Sequence record: NC_055721.1
From: Escherichia phage EcS1
Length of the DNA stretch: 64,000 nucleotides
Strand: one strand, 5' to 3'
The translations under genes and the position numbers were made by a program. Below are positions 26,818 to 40,605 of this stretch, in pieces (within the stretch, counting starts at the first letter, position 1; each line of letters opens with the position of its first letter). The notes beneath the pieces are model-generated. The model did not search any database. It was given only the letters and a program-made list of their open reading frames with translations, and was not told the DNA's origin.

Positions 26818-26825
26818 TATAAATA
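26818..26825 (+). promoter_or_regulatory. T4-type late promoter TATAAATA (gene 9)
   Basis: Exact TATAAATA 28 nt upstream of the gp9 ATG. Confidence 0.55.
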
Positions 26826-26852
26826 TAACTATAACTTATATGAGGCTAAATT

Positions 26853-27722
26853 ATGGTCGTTCAAACTCCAAAACAAATAGTAGACACCGGTGAAATCGGT
26901 AACGCCTCGACTGGCGACATTTTATTTGACGGTGGTAAAAAACTAAACGATAACTTCAATGCTGTGTATAACACCTTTGGAGACCAACGTCTTTTTGCTG
27001 GTAATGAAGGCGAAGCAACACAAGTTCTTCATGCTACTGGCTATTATCAAAAAGCTGTGAGTCCTAGTGAATTCGCAGTAGAATTACCACTTGGCTCTCA
27101 ACACGATATTGATAGCACAACTGGTCCTATAGTTGTTCGACTTAAAAAGGGTAAACTTGGCGAAGGCTATGTATTCATTAACTCTAACGGAACACTTAGT
27201 CAAGATAATCCATTAATCATTCAACCTAATGGTTCATTCGTTAATTTAGGTGGTGATGGTAATCTTCGAGTAACGTCTCCTCATTCTCGAGTACTAGTTT
27301 GGTGTATATCTGATGTAGGTGGCGTATCGCGCTGGGATTATTCTATTGAATCAATGTTTGGCCAGAAATATATTCCACTCGACAGAACTTACTCATTAAA
27401 TAATACTATTAAAGAGATTCGTATTTCATATCGTGACGAATTCCACACAATGAAACTTCTTTTGACTGCTGCAACAACGGATGACTCTAAAGTTAAAACT
27501 TCTGAAGTTATGGTTTCAGCTGATTGGAAGAACAAAAAAGTATATTCTACAGAGTATGCTGTTGTTCGTCGTGGCAATCTTAATGAAGAAGATGAAATAT
27601 ATGATCTTGACTTCAAATATGATAGTGATGGGTATTTGATTGCGGCTGCGCGCTCAGATAATAACAACTTACGCTTTGCTATTAAAGTAATTGCGACTCA
27701 GAAGATTGGGGTATCAGTATAA
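26853..27722 (+). CDS. 9: baseplate wedge tail fiber connector gp9
   Basis: 289 aa (T4 gp9 288). Confidence 0.85.
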   Translation: MVVQTPKQIVDTGEIGNASTGDILFDGGKKLNDNFNAVYNTFGDQRLFAGNEGEATQVLHATGYYQKAVSPSEFAVELPLGSQHDIDSTTGPIVVRLKKGKLGEGYVFINSNGTLSQDNPLIIQPNGSFVNLGGDGNLRVTSPHSRVLVWCISDVGGVSRWDYSIESMFGQKYIPLDRTYSLNNTIKEIRISYRDEFHTMKLLLTAATTDDSKVKTSEVMVSADWKNKKVYSTEYAVVRRGNLNEEDEIYDLDFKYDSDGYLIAAARSDNNNLRFAIKVIATQKIGVSV

Positions 27723-29548
27723 TGAAACAAAATTTAAAAATAGGTAATGTCGTTGATGATGGTACTGGCGACTATCTTCGTGCTGGTGGTTTAAAATTAA
27801 ATTCCAACTTTGACGAACTTTACTATCAATTAGGCGATGGCGATGTACCACATGCTGCTGGTGCCTGGAAAACTCATAAAACCTCAGATGGTGCTGATGT
27901 TGCTGCAGATTTTGGTAAATCCTACACATTAGATACAACTGCCGGTCGTATTAACTTTAAATTGCCTAAAGGCTCAATTACCGATTATAATAAAGTAATT
28001 CGTGTACGTGATGTATTCAATACTTGGCAACGTCAACCGGTTTCTTTGATTCCAGCTACAGGTGATACCATTAAAGGTGCTGCTACACCTAAAGAAATTG
28101 CTCGTAATTTAGCTGACCTTGAATTAGTTTATTGCGCACCAGGCCGTTGGGAATATATCGACAATAAACAAGTCGACAAAATTTCTAATAACGATTTAGC
28201 TACTGTTGTTCGTGAAGACTTTGTTGCTACTGAAGGTCAAACTGACTTCTTAGATGTCTTCTCTGGGTATGATTATAATATCGCAAGTCTTCAAGTTTAT
28301 CATCGTGGTAACTTGCTGTTTTATGCTGAAAAAGGCAAAGACTTCGATAAATCAATTGCTGAATTTGGTTCTCCTGATACTAACCCAGCTGATATCAAAG
28401 CCTTAGATGGAAGAAATATCCGTATTAAAATGGCTTGTAAAGCAGGTGATACTGTTACAGTTGTGTCATTTATGGATGGTATTAGCCAATGGCGTTCATC
28501 TTATAATCGTCGTGAAGTTCGTATTTTAGATAAAAACTTTACTCAAAAAACTACTATTAATGGTTCAATTGTTGTTGCTGATTTAGCTACTAAAACAAGT
28601 ATCACTGTTGCCGAATTAGGTATTGATACTTCATCACCAATAAATCCAAGATCGCTTCAAGTTTATTTGAATAGTACTTTGTTATATGAAGCTGGCACTG
28701 CTGGTTTACCTACATTTATTTGTGAAGGCTATGATCATATAACTGATAGTGCATCGTGTGCAACAGTAAATGGTAATTGGAAAGAATCTTATACTGATTA
28801 TTTGTTTACCACAGATGATGCTACAGGTATTATTGAAGAATTTAAATTCGATAGAAAATTCGAAGATAATGACGTTCTTTCAATTGTTTGGTATAATAAT
28901 GATATTGGAACTACATTAGATATTGATGATATCACTGATGTGACAAATGAAATGTATGTTGCAATTGGTAGCACACTTAGTATCACCGGTGCTGTTAATA
29001 TTACAGATTTTGATCACCCAGGTTGGCCTAACGTAGAACCAGCAGCGGCATCCGAAACAAAACCTTCTTCTGTTGGCTCTATTTTTGAATTAGTTTATCC
29101 AATTGGAACAATTTACGAAAATGCAGTGAACCCAAACAACCCTGCTACATATATGGGATTTGGTCAATGGAAACGTTGGGGTGAAGGTAAGTTTTTAGCT
29201 GGTTGGTCATCTGATTCAAGCAATGCAGCATTTGGCTTAAATAACAATGACATTAATGCTTCTGGTGACCCTTCTCATACAGCAGGTGGTACCCACGGTG
29301 TTGAAAGCATTTATATTAAAGATGTTAACGTTCCTAAGCTTAAAACTGACGACAAAGTTTTAGTATCTGACGCTAATGGAAACATTGTTATTGGTGGGTG
29401 TCAATTTGACCCAGATGACAACGGTCCTGCTTATACTAAATATCGTGAAGATAATGCGACAATTAATAAGCAATTTGACCCAGATGCTCAAGCCGTTGCC
29501 ACTATGCCGCCATATATCACCGTTTATCGCTGGTTAAGGATTTCATAA
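27722..29548 (+). CDS. 10: baseplate wedge and short tail fiber attachment protein gp10
   Basis: 608 aa (T4 gp10 602). Confidence 0.85.
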   Translation: MKQNLKIGNVVDDGTGDYLRAGGLKLNSNFDELYYQLGDGDVPHAAGAWKTHKTSDGADVAADFGKSYTLDTTAGRINFKLPKGSITDYNKVIRVRDVFNTWQRQPVSLIPATGDTIKGAATPKEIARNLADLELVYCAPGRWEYIDNKQVDKISNNDLATVVREDFVATEGQTDFLDVFSGYDYNIASLQVYHRGNLLFYAEKGKDFDKSIAEFGSPDTNPADIKALDGRNIRIKMACKAGDTVTVVSFMDGISQWRSSYNRREVRILDKNFTQKTTINGSIVVADLATKTSITVAELGIDTSSPINPRSLQVYLNSTLLYEAGTAGLPTFICEGYDHITDSASCATVNGNWKESYTDYLFTTDDATGIIEEFKFDRKFEDNDVLSIVWYNNDIGTTLDIDDITDVTNEMYVAIGSTLSITGAVNITDFDHPGWPNVEPAAASETKPSSVGSIFELVYPIGTIYENAVNPNNPATYMGFGQWKRWGEGKFLAGWSSDSSNAAFGLNNNDINASGDPSHTAGGTHGVESIYIKDVNVPKLKTDDKVLVSDANGNIVIGGCQFDPDDNGPAYTKYREDNATINKQFDPDAQAVATMPPYITVYRWLRIS

Positions 29549-30231
29549 TGATTAAAAGTAAAATTATTACCAAAGCGGGAGTTTACTCTCGTGATGCAGA
29601 CCATATTGAATTTAGACAAGACTTAACAAAACCTGCCGTAGTGGCAGGTAACAACAAATTTGGCGATGTGACTGTATCCCAATTGAGTTCTGGATTTGAC
29701 TTCCCAACAGTTCAAAGCGCGATTAATGACCTTCAATATCGTTGTGAAGTCCCAGTTAATGGTGTTGTAATGAATACAAGTGGTGTTATTCCAACATTCT
29801 TACAACAAAATGACCAATGGAAAATTACAGGTGAAATCAAACCAACTGCATCTTCATCTACAACTGGCGATGCTGTAATGATTTATTTCCTTGGGTTCCC
29901 AGTGATGGTATCTGTTGGTGACCAACCTGTAAAAATAGCATCAGAAATTCAAAAAGTATTGAATGAAGCTTCTATTAATTTAAAGGCTATTTCAACTGCT
30001 GCTATTGATGCTACAGATACGACTATCATTAATGTTAAATACTTAGATTACCAACATCATGTATTTGAGCCATTAGAATTACAAGGTGCGTTGGCTACCC
30101 AAACCACAGTCGTTTTACCACAAGCTGGATATGGCACATGGGAACAAATGGGTACTCAATCAGTAACTTTAGCAGGTGGTTCAGCTAATGGTACTCCATT
30201 CACTATGTATTATTTTAAGAGAACAGCATAA
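29548..30231 (+). CDS. 11: baseplate wedge protein gp11
   Basis: 227 aa (T4 gp11 219). Confidence 0.85.
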   Translation: MIKSKIITKAGVYSRDADHIEFRQDLTKPAVVAGNNKFGDVTVSQLSSGFDFPTVQSAINDLQYRCEVPVNGVVMNTSGVIPTFLQQNDQWKITGEIKPTASSSTTGDAVMIYFLGFPVMVSVGDQPVKIASEIQKVLNEASINLKAISTAAIDATDTTIINVKYLDYQHHVFEPLELQGALATQTTVVLPQAGYGTWEQMGTQSVTLAGGSANGTPFTMYYFKRTA

Positions 30232-31775
30232 TGGCTACTAATACTATTGCTCACATCAGTGATGATTCAAGATATAAAACATTTGACCCAGCGGGAACTA
30301 GTTTCCCTGGAAATATCACTAATGTTCAGGCAGCTTTGGCTGCCTTAAAACCTATTGCAGTTGATGGCATTCCTGATGCAACAACAACTGTAAAGGGTAT
30401 TATTCGTATTTCGACTCAACAAGAAGTAACAGATGGCGTTGATACAACATCAGCTGTTACTCCTGCTACTTTAGCTGTTCGACTTCAACACCCACAAGCA
30501 ACTGAAACTGTTTTAGGGATAACTCGTTATTCTACTTTAGCTGAAACAAAAGCCGGAACTATTTCTAATGCTGCTGTTGTTCCTTCAACATTAAAAGGAA
30601 CATTAGATGAAGCTTTCACTGTAAGAACTTCTTCTGAAACTGTTTTAGGTGTTATTAAGCTTTCAACCACTCCGGCTGCTTTAGCTGGTGTTGATGATAC
30701 TACCGCTATGACCCCTCTAAAGACCACTCAGGCTATTAATGCAGCTACTGCTAAGATACCATCACCTGCAGTAGGTAATGAAACAGTGACTGGCTTGCTA
30801 CGTTTAGCGACGGCAGCAGAAACTCGTGCAGGAACATTCCGTGATGGCGTGGCTGTTTCACCATTTGGATTAATGTCCTTACGCTCATCTGCTACAGAAT
30901 TTGGTATTGTTAAAGGAACATCTCAAGCTGAAGTTGCTGCAGGTGCAATTACTAACCAATACGTTTCGCCACAGTCTTTGTTAGGATTAACAGGTAATAC
31001 TGGACGTCTTGGGTTAGTTAAATTAACAACTACCGCTGGTGCCGGTGATGCAAATACCGCTTTAGCCTTTAATGCTGATGTTGTTCATTTACGTGGTGGA
31101 CAAACAATTAACGGTTCATTGGTTGTTGGTGGTAATTTTAATACAAACCGTATTGATATGACTTCAGGTTTTATTAATGGTCAACAAATCATGACTACCA
31201 ATATGATTACGGATGACGTTCCAGTTGGTTGTATTATGATGTGGCCTACAGATAATTTGCCTAATGGTAAGTGGCGCTTCTGTCATGGTGGAACATTGCC
31301 AAGTGCTAGTTTCCCTACTTATTATAATACTGTAGGAACTACGTATGGTGGTGATGGCGGAAATGCTGGTATACCTGATATGCGAGGACTTTTTGTTCGT
31401 GGTACAGGTCGAAGTGCTATGATGGCTGCATTTGACGGTAATGATTCTAAAGGTAAACAAGGTTTAGGTTATGGATGTTCAGGTGCAGGTATTGGACAAG
31501 TCCAGGCACAACAAAACCGTGTTCATAAACATGAATCTGGATGGGGTGAACATTATCAACGTGGTGAAGCTCGTAATGGGTGTTCGGTTTATAGCGGTCA
31601 ATTAGGTTCCAACAAAACTGACTGGGACAACTACAAATATTTTACCAATGATGGACAAGAAGTAGAAGCTGCTAATGTTCGAGACTCATGGGGTACGATG
31701 AATACTGAAAATCTTATGGGTTGGGAAAACCGTCCTTGGAATATATCAATGAACTATATTATCAAAGTAGCATAA
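30231..31775 (+). CDS. 12: short tail fiber protein gp12
   Basis: 514 aa (T4 gp12 527); repetitive Thr/Ala/Val-rich central segments typical of a fiber shaft. Confidence 0.85.
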   Translation: MATNTIAHISDDSRYKTFDPAGTSFPGNITNVQAALAALKPIAVDGIPDATTTVKGIIRISTQQEVTDGVDTTSAVTPATLAVRLQHPQATETVLGITRYSTLAETKAGTISNAAVVPSTLKGTLDEAFTVRTSSETVLGVIKLSTTPAALAGVDDTTAMTPLKTTQAINAATAKIPSPAVGNETVTGLLRLATAAETRAGTFRDGVAVSPFGLMSLRSSATEFGIVKGTSQAEVAAGAITNQYVSPQSLLGLTGNTGRLGLVKLTTTAGAGDANTALAFNADVVHLRGGQTINGSLVVGGNFNTNRIDMTSGFINGQQIMTTNMITDDVPVGCIMMWPTDNLPNGKWRFCHGGTLPSASFPTYYNTVGTTYGGDGGNAGIPDMRGLFVRGTGRSAMMAAFDGNDSKGKQGLGYGCSGAGIGQVQAQQNRVHKHESGWGEHYQRGEARNGCSVYSGQLGSNKTDWDNYKYFTNDGQEVEAANVRDSWGTMNTENLMGWENRPWNISMNYIIKVA

Positions 31776-31784
31776 GGAAAATAA

Positions 31785-33608
31785 ATGATTAACGATCTGG
31801 TACTAAAAGACATTCCTTTTGTTGATGGGCTCCCAGATGATGGTCAGCAGCGTATCCGTTGGATACGCACTGGCGATTGTTTAAGTGCCGCTGAAACAAA
31901 AAATGGCAATGAAGGTTTTCTTAATACAGCAGGAGTAGAGATTCAAAAGAACGTAGTTCTTCTGGATGAGAATGCTGAAACTACTAAAGCCACTGTTAAT
32001 GAACTGATTGCTAACGTTAATAATATTAACGAAGCTCTTGAAATGGGATCAGATACTGAGATCATTAAACAAGTAGGCATTAACAAAGACAATATCGAAA
32101 TTCTTCAAGAGCATATGCAATTTGCAGAAAATGATATTGGTAATCTTATTACTGGACTAACTCAAGTAGCTGATGATGTTGGTCCTTATGACCAAGATGT
32201 TGACCCGTATTACCGTACAGTGCGTGATAACCTTGTATGGGTTAAAAAAGAAATGGGTCAATACCCAGGACAAGATTTTAATGGTCAATCTGTAGTTGGA
32301 AATGTCTCGACAGGTATGAAACGTCGTATCATTGAAAACAGTTCAGAAATAGCTAGTCAAGGTTCTCGTATTACCGAGTTAGAAGACAATTACGAAAACT
32401 CAGATATCGGTGCATTAACAATTGAAGTAAACAAACTTCGTAAAGAAGTAGGTCCTTCAACTGCGGCTAAAGCTGATACTTTGTATAAACGTACTGATAC
32501 ATTAGAAACAAAATCAGCTTCAATGGATCGTAATATCGATGAGATCGAAATAGCAATTGGTTTTGGTGGAACTCCTATTGATACTCGTGTTACTACAAAC
32601 ACTAATAGCATCTCTACACTTACTACTCAAATCACTGCACCTATTACAGGTCTTTCGCCACGTGTTGTTGTAATTGAAAATGCTATTGGAACAACCACAC
32701 AACCTGCTACTATTAACGGTAAAATCTTTGTTTTACGTCGTGATTTAGATGCACTATCTCTTGTAGTCGGAAGCGATACTTCATCTGGTCTTCGCGGTGA
32801 TGTTGCATGGCTGAACCAGCGCGTAGGTATTGTCCCACAAGGACAACAACCTGGTCCTACTACAGCATTTGGTCAGATTGCTACTTTATCTTCATTGGCT
32901 AACTCTAATGCTTCAGCTATTCAGGATATCCAAGCTGAAATTGGTAACAACACAACTGGTCTTAAAGGACAAGTAATTAGCCTGACAAGTATCATTAATG
33001 GTACTAACCCTAATGGTGTTACTGTCGAAGAACGTGGTCTTTTAAGAACTGTTAAGGCTCATGATGTAACAATTAAGACATTAATTCCAGAAGCCCCAAT
33101 TAATGGTAAATCTTATGTGCGTAAAGATGCCGCTTGGAGTGAGTCTAATGCAATTGATACGAGTACTTTAGTTGCTGAAGCTCCTAACGACGGTAAAGAA
33201 TACGTCCGTAAGAGTAAAGCCTGGGAAGAACTTGTTTTAACATCTTATTTGACTGATGCTGCTTCTGATAGCAAATTATATGGAAGACAAGATGGAGCTT
33301 GGACTGAAGTTGTTATTCCAAGTGTAACCGGATTTATCACAGATGCTCCTAAAGAAGTTAAAAACTTCGTACGTAATAATGGCGCTTGGGTTGCTATTAC
33401 TATTCCTACTGTGCCGGATGTTTCAGATTTTATTACTGATGCACCTAACGATACCAAATTATATGGTCGTAAGGCTGAAGCATGGGAAGAAGTTGTTATT
33501 CCTGCAGCTCCAGATATCACTAATTTGATTCCTGAAGCGCCTAAAGATGGTAAGGCTTATGTTCGTAAAGATGGGGCTTGGGTAGATATTACCACATTGA
33601 CTCCATAA
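31785..33608 (+). CDS. wac: fibritin (whisker antigen control) with tandem foldon-like C-terminal repeats
   Basis: 607 aa; long coiled-coil body; the C-terminus carries six copies of an APxDGKxYVRKDGAW-like unit related to the T4 foldon ([27 protein letters not shown]). Confidence 0.85.
   Translation: MINDLVLKDIPFVDGLPDDGQQRIRWIRTGDCLSAAETKNGNEGFLNTAGVEIQKNVVLLDENAETTKATVNELIANVNNINEALEMGSDTEIIKQVGINKDNIEILQEHMQFAENDIGNLITGLTQVADDVGPYDQDVDPYYRTVRDNLVWVKKEMGQYPGQDFNGQSVVGNVSTGMKRRIIENSSEIASQGSRITELEDNYENSDIGALTIEVNKLRKEVGPSTAAKADTLYKRTDTLETKSASMDRNIDEIEIAIGFGGTPIDTRVTTNTNSISTLTTQITAPITGLSPRVVVIENAIGTTTQPATINGKIFVLRRDLDALSLVVGSDTSSGLRGDVAWLNQRVGIVPQGQQPGPTTAFGQIATLSSLANSNASAIQDIQAEIGNNTTGLKGQVISLTSIINGTNPNGVTVEERGLLRTVKAHDVTIKTLIPEAPINGKSYVRKDAAWSESNAIDTSTLVAEAPNDGKEYVRKSKAWEELVLTSYLTDAASDSKLYGRQDGAWTEVVIPSVTGFITDAPKEVKNFVRNNGAWVAITIPTVPDVSDFITDAPNDTKLYGRKAEAWEEVVIPAAPDITNLIPEAPKDGKAYVRKDGAWVDITTLTP
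33078..33605 (+). repeat. six tandem foldon-like repeats within wac
   Basis: IPEAPINGKSYVRKDAAW / VAEAPNDGKEYVRKSKAW / LTDAASDSKLYGRQDGAW / ITDAPKEVKNFVRNNGAW / ITDAPNDTKLYGRKAEAW / IPEAPKDGKAYVRKDGAW. Confidence 0.7.
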
Positions 33609-33613
33609 AAATT

Positions 33614-33640
33614 ATGGGAGACTTCGGTCTCCCTTTCTTG
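33614..33640 (+). terminator. intrinsic terminator after wac
   Basis: GGGAGAC-TTCG-GTCTCCC hairpin followed by TTTCTTG; the identical hairpin recurs after gene 23. Confidence 0.6.
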
Positions 33641-33672
33641 CATAAATACAGTTATTAATACAAGGACATCCT

Positions 33673-34614
33673 ATGGCCGGCTATAACGCATATAACCCAA
33701 AAGAGCTCAAGGACGTAATCCTACGTCGCCTGGGAGCTCCAATAGTAAACGTTGAAGTAACAACAGAACAAGTATATGATTGCATCCAGCGCTCCCTGGA
33801 GCTATTTGGCGAGTATCATTTCGATGGCCTTAATAAAGGCTATCAAGTATTCACAATAGGTGAAGATGACGAAGAACTTTATCGTACAGGTGTATTTGAC
33901 CTTTCAGGTAAAAACATTTATGCAATAACCCAAATTGTTCGTACTAATGTAGGCTCAATTACCTCAATGGATGGTAATGCTACTTATCCATGGTTCACTG
34001 ACTTTATGCTAGGCATGGCTGGTATTAATGGTGGTATGGGTTCAAGCTGTAATAAGTTTTATGGACCTAATGCCTTCGGTGCAGACCTTGGTTATTTCAC
34101 CCAATTGATGCAATACCGCACAATGATGCAAGACATGCTTTCGCCATTACCTGATTATTGGTATAATGATGCTACAGGCCAATTAAAGATTATGGGTAAC
34201 TTCAAAAAGAATGATATCATCATTTGTGAAGTATTCGTTAAATCTTATATAGATGTAGAGAAAGCCGTAGGGAATACTGCTGGCTATGGCTTTGCAAGTA
34301 ATTGTGCTTCTGTAAATCCTTATACCGCTAGCCAAATCTACGATAACCCAGACCGTGCGTTGTCCGGTATGCGTGCAGGTGAGGACCCTGTAATTAAGCA
34401 AGGTTCTTATAATAATCGTTGGGTCAAAGATTATGCGACCACATTAGTTAAAGAACTCAATGGACAAATTCTAGCCAAGCATCAAGGTATGCAATTACCT
34501 GGTGGAATTACAGTTGATGGCACTCGTCTAATTGAAGAAGCTCGTATTGAGAAAGAAGCATTACGACAAGAGCTTGATTTACTTGATCCACCATTTGGTA
34601 TTCTGTTAGGATAA
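33673..34614 (+). CDS. 13: neck protein gp13
   Basis: 313 aa (T4 gp13 309). Confidence 0.85.
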   Translation: MAGYNAYNPKELKDVILRRLGAPIVNVEVTTEQVYDCIQRSLELFGEYHFDGLNKGYQVFTIGEDDEELYRTGVFDLSGKNIYAITQIVRTNVGSITSMDGNATYPWFTDFMLGMAGINGGMGSSCNKFYGPNAFGADLGYFTQLMQYRTMMQDMLSPLPDYWYNDATGQLKIMGNFKKNDIIICEVFVKSYIDVEKAVGNTAGYGFASNCASVNPYTASQIYDNPDRALSGMRAGEDPVIKQGSYNNRWVKDYATTLVKELNGQILAKHQGMQLPGGITVDGTRLIEEARIEKEALRQELDLLDPPFGILLG

Positions 34615-34616
34615 TT

Positions 34617-35393
34617 ATGACTACTTACGATTCATCGCTTTTTGCTAAATTAGAGAATCATACTGGGTACGGTAAAACAAATGAAGAAGAGATATTAAAC
34701 CCATTTGTTAATTTCCATAAGTATGAAAACACTCAGAATTTAGCCGATGTATTAGTAGCCGAAAGTATTCAGATGCGTGGGATAGAACTATACTATGTCC
34801 CACGTGAATTTGTTAAACCAGATATGATATTTGGTGAAGACATTCAATCTAAATTTACAAAGGCCTGGAAATTTGCGGCCTATTTAGATTCATTTGATGG
34901 TTATTCAGGCGATAATACATTCTTTAGTAAATTCGGTATGTCAGTTAATGATGAAGTAAACTTTAGTATTAACCCTAGACTCTTCAAACATCAATGTAAT
35001 GGAACAGAACCTATTGCAGGTGATTTGATTTATTTCCCAATGGATAACAGCTTATTTGAAATTAACTGGGTTGAACCTTATGACCCATTCTATCAAGTAG
35101 GGCAAAATGCTATCCGCAAAGTAACAGCTCAGAAATTCGTTTATTCTGGTGAAGAACTTAAGCCTGAACTTCAACGTAATGAAGGTATCAACATTGCTGA
35201 ATTCAGTGAACTTGATTTACGTCCTATCCATAATATTGATGGATTAGCTGATATCAATGACGACCAATATGCTGAATCAAATCAGTTTAATGAAGAAGCT
35301 TCTAAGTATGTAGAACCATACACTGTTATTAATGGTAAAGGTCTTCAAGAACCGCCTAAAGCAGATTCATTTGATGATTCTTTCTTTGATTAA
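34617..35393 (+). CDS. 14: neck protein gp14
   Basis: 258 aa (T4 gp14 256). Confidence 0.85.
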   Translation: MTTYDSSLFAKLENHTGYGKTNEEEILNPFVNFHKYENTQNLADVLVAESIQMRGIELYYVPREFVKPDMIFGEDIQSKFTKAWKFAAYLDSFDGYSGDNTFFSKFGMSVNDEVNFSINPRLFKHQCNGTEPIAGDLIYFPMDNSLFEINWVEPYDPFYQVGQNAIRKVTAQKFVYSGEELKPELQRNEGINIAEFSELDLRPIHNIDGLADINDDQYAESNQFNEEASKYVEPYTVINGKGLQEPPKADSFDDSFFD

Positions 35394-35437
35394 TAAATAA
35401 GCATATATCATGGGGCTTCGGCCCCTTAGGAGAAAAA

Positions 35438-36267
35438 ATGTTCGGACACTGGTATAATTCATCACTGCGTCGCTATATTGTTTTAATGGGTGATTTGTTT
35501 TCCCATGTCCAGGTAGCACGTGTCAGAGCGGATGTAGGCACTAAGTTTATTAAAGTTCCTATTACTTATGCTTCAAAAGAAAAATTTATGTCTCAACTTG
35601 GCAAATGGACTGCTATTCAAAGCGCTCAAGATAAAGCCAAGATTGAAACAGTTCTTCCACGTATGAATCTTCATTTAGTGGACTTGCAATATAACGCACA
35701 ATATAAAACAGCTACCCAAAACAGAACTGCGGCTCAATATCAAGACGGTGACCCAAGAAAATCTGTTTCACAATTCAGTCCTACTCCAGTCAAAATGATT
35801 TTTGAGTTAGGCATTTATACTCGTCACCAAGACGATATGTATCAAATCATAGAACAAATTTTGCCTTATTTCCAACCTCATTTTAATACAACAATAACAG
35901 AACTTTATACAAATGAGATTAAATTCGAGCGTGACATCAGGATTGTATTCCAATCAGCTGCAATGGACGAACAAATAGAAGGTGACCCGATGACAAGACG
36001 TCGTTTGGAATGGTCTATTATGTTCGAAGTGAATGGTTGGCTTTATCCACCAGTTGCATCAATTGAAGGCGAAATCAGAACAGTATATATTGACTTCTTT
36101 GCCAATACTAAAGAGCTTACGCCTGAAGGCATATTCGAATCAGTTGATAGTGAAGTAGTTCCTAGATATGTAGAAGAAGCCGATTGGGACGGAAAATCAG
36201 AACAAACTTATTCGCATGATATTCCTATTCCTGTTGAGCCTGCGCCACCTAGCCCGAGGACTAATAA

Positions 36268-36271
<4 letters not shown>
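35438..36271 (+). CDS. 15: tail sheath stabilizer and completion protein gp15
   Basis: 277 aa (T4 gp15 272). Confidence 0.85.
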
Positions 36272-38584
<2,313 letters not shown>

Positions 38585-38619
38585 ATAAAAGTAAAGCAAA
38601 ACAATATTGAGGATTCAAA

Positions 38620-40602
38620 ATGGCTTTATTATCCCCGGGCATTGAGCTCAAAGAAACTAGTGTACAAAGCACCGTCGTTCGTAACGCTACAGGACGTGCT
38701 GCATTGGTAGGGAAGTTCCAGTGGGGTCCTGCGTATCAGGTTACTCAAATCACTAACGAAGTAGAATTGGTTGAACGTTTCGGTGGACCTAATAATGAAA
38801 CGGCTGACTATTTTATGTCGGGTATGAACTTCCTCCAATATGGTAATGATTTACGTGTTGCACGTGTTGTTGACCGTTTGACTGCTAAGAACGCTTCGCC
38901 TATTGCAGGCAATATTAAAACAACTATCACTTCAGCCGGTGCAAACTATGCTGTAGGCGATAAAATCACAATTAAATATCTCCAAACTGTTGTTGAAACT
39001 GAAGGTGAAGTTTCACAAGTTGACGCCGATGGTAAAATTCTGAAAGTATTCATCCCTTCAGAAAAAATCATTGCATATGCTAAATCAGTAAATCAGTATC
39101 CAGCTCTTGGTTCTGCTTGGGTTGCCGAAACGGCATCAAGTTCTTCAGGTACAAACGGAACTATTGCAGTAAATTCAATAGTCACTGATTCAGGTATTTT
39201 ACTGACTGAACCAGAAAGTGCTACAGCTGAAATTACTTCAGTCAAGTATCAAGAACTGTTGGCTGAATATGCTATGCCTGGTATTGTCGCGATTTACCCA
39301 GGTGAAATTGGTTCTCAAATCGAAGTAGAAATTGTTTCTAAAACTTCTTACGATTCGACTACTATCACTGAGCTGCCTATTTACCCAAGTGGTGGTAGTC
39401 GTGCTTCTTCAGGACGTGCTGTATTCAATTACGGACCACAGAATGATAATCAATTTGGACTTATTGTTCGTCGTGATGGTGCTATTGTAGAAACTGTTAT
39501 CCTGTCTATTAAAGAAGGTGATAAAGACGTTTACGGTAATAACATCTTCATGGATGATTATTTCTCTAAAGGAACTTCTAATTACATCTTCGGTACTACT
39601 GTGGGTTGGCCAGTAAACTTCTCAGGTATTATCCAATTGTCTGGTGGTGTTTCTTCTAGCTCAACAATTACTGCCGGTGATTTGATGCAAGGTTGGGATT
39701 TGTTCGCTGACCGTGAAGCGCTTCATATCAACCTGTTAATTGCTGGTGCGTGCGCTGGTGAAGGTGATGAAATTGCAAGTACTGTTCAGAAGCATGTTGT
39801 TTCAATTGCAGATGAACGTCAAGATTGTTTAGCATTCCTTTCTCCACCTAAAGGTACCTTAGTTAATGTTCCATTGACTAATGCGATTGATAACCTTATT
39901 AATTGGCGTACAGGTAATGGGTCATTTGATACTAATAACATGAATATCAGCACGACTTATGCTGCTATTGATGGTAACTACAAATACCAATACGACAAAT
40001 ACAACGACGTAAACCGTTGGGTCCCATTATCTGCTGATATGGCAGGTTTGTGTGCTCGTACTGATGATATCTCTCAACCTTGGATGTCGCCAGCTGGTTA
40101 TAACCGTGGACAAATTCTGAATGTCATTAAATTGGCTGTAGAACCACGTCAAGCGCATCGTGACCGTATGTATCAAGAAGGTATTAACCCAGTTACTGGC
40201 TTCGCAGGTGGTGATGGATTTATTCTTTATGGCGACAAAACCGCTACTAAAGTTCCGACTCCATTTGACCATATTAACGTGCGTCGTTTGTTCAACATGT
40301 TGAAGAAAAATATCGGTGATGCATCTAAATATCGTCTGTTCGAAAATAACGATAACTTCACGCGTTCAAGCTTCCGTATGGAAACTTCACAATACCTGAG
40401 TGGTATTAAAGCCTTAGGTGGTGTATACGAATTCCGTGTAGTTTGCGATACGACTAACAACACCCCAGCTGTTATTGACCGTAATGAATTCGTAGGAAGC
40501 ATTTACGTTAAACCTGCTCGCAGCATTAACTACATCACTCTGAACTTTGTGGCTACAAGCACTGGTGCAGACTTCGATGAGCTGATTGGTCCTGCTCAAT
40601 AA
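38620..40602 (+). CDS. 18: tail sheath protein gp18
   Basis: 660 aa (T4 gp18 659). Confidence 0.92.
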   Translation: MALLSPGIELKETSVQSTVVRNATGRAALVGKFQWGPAYQVTQITNEVELVERFGGPNNETADYFMSGMNFLQYGNDLRVARVVDRLTAKNASPIAGNIKTTITSAGANYAVGDKITIKYLQTVVETEGEVSQVDADGKILKVFIPSEKIIAYAKSVNQYPALGSAWVAETASSSSGTNGTIAVNSIVTDSGILLTEPESATAEITSVKYQELLAEYAMPGIVAIYPGEIGSQIEVEIVSKTSYDSTTITELPIYPSGGSRASSGRAVFNYGPQNDNQFGLIVRRDGAIVETVILSIKEGDKDVYGNNIFMDDYFSKGTSNYIFGTTVGWPVNFSGIIQLSGGVSSSSTITAGDLMQGWDLFADREALHINLLIAGACAGEGDEIASTVQKHVVSIADERQDCLAFLSPPKGTLVNVPLTNAIDNLINWRTGNGSFDTNNMNISTTYAAIDGNYKYQYDKYNDVNRWVPLSADMAGLCARTDDISQPWMSPAGYNRGQILNVIKLAVEPRQAHRDRMYQEGINPVTGFAGGDGFILYGDKTATKVPTPFDHINVRRLFNMLKKNIGDASKYRLFENNDNFTRSSFRMETSQYLSGIKALGGVYEFRVVCDTTNNTPAVIDRNEFVGSIYVKPARSINYITLNFVATSTGADFDELIGPAQ

Positions 40603-40605
40603 TAG

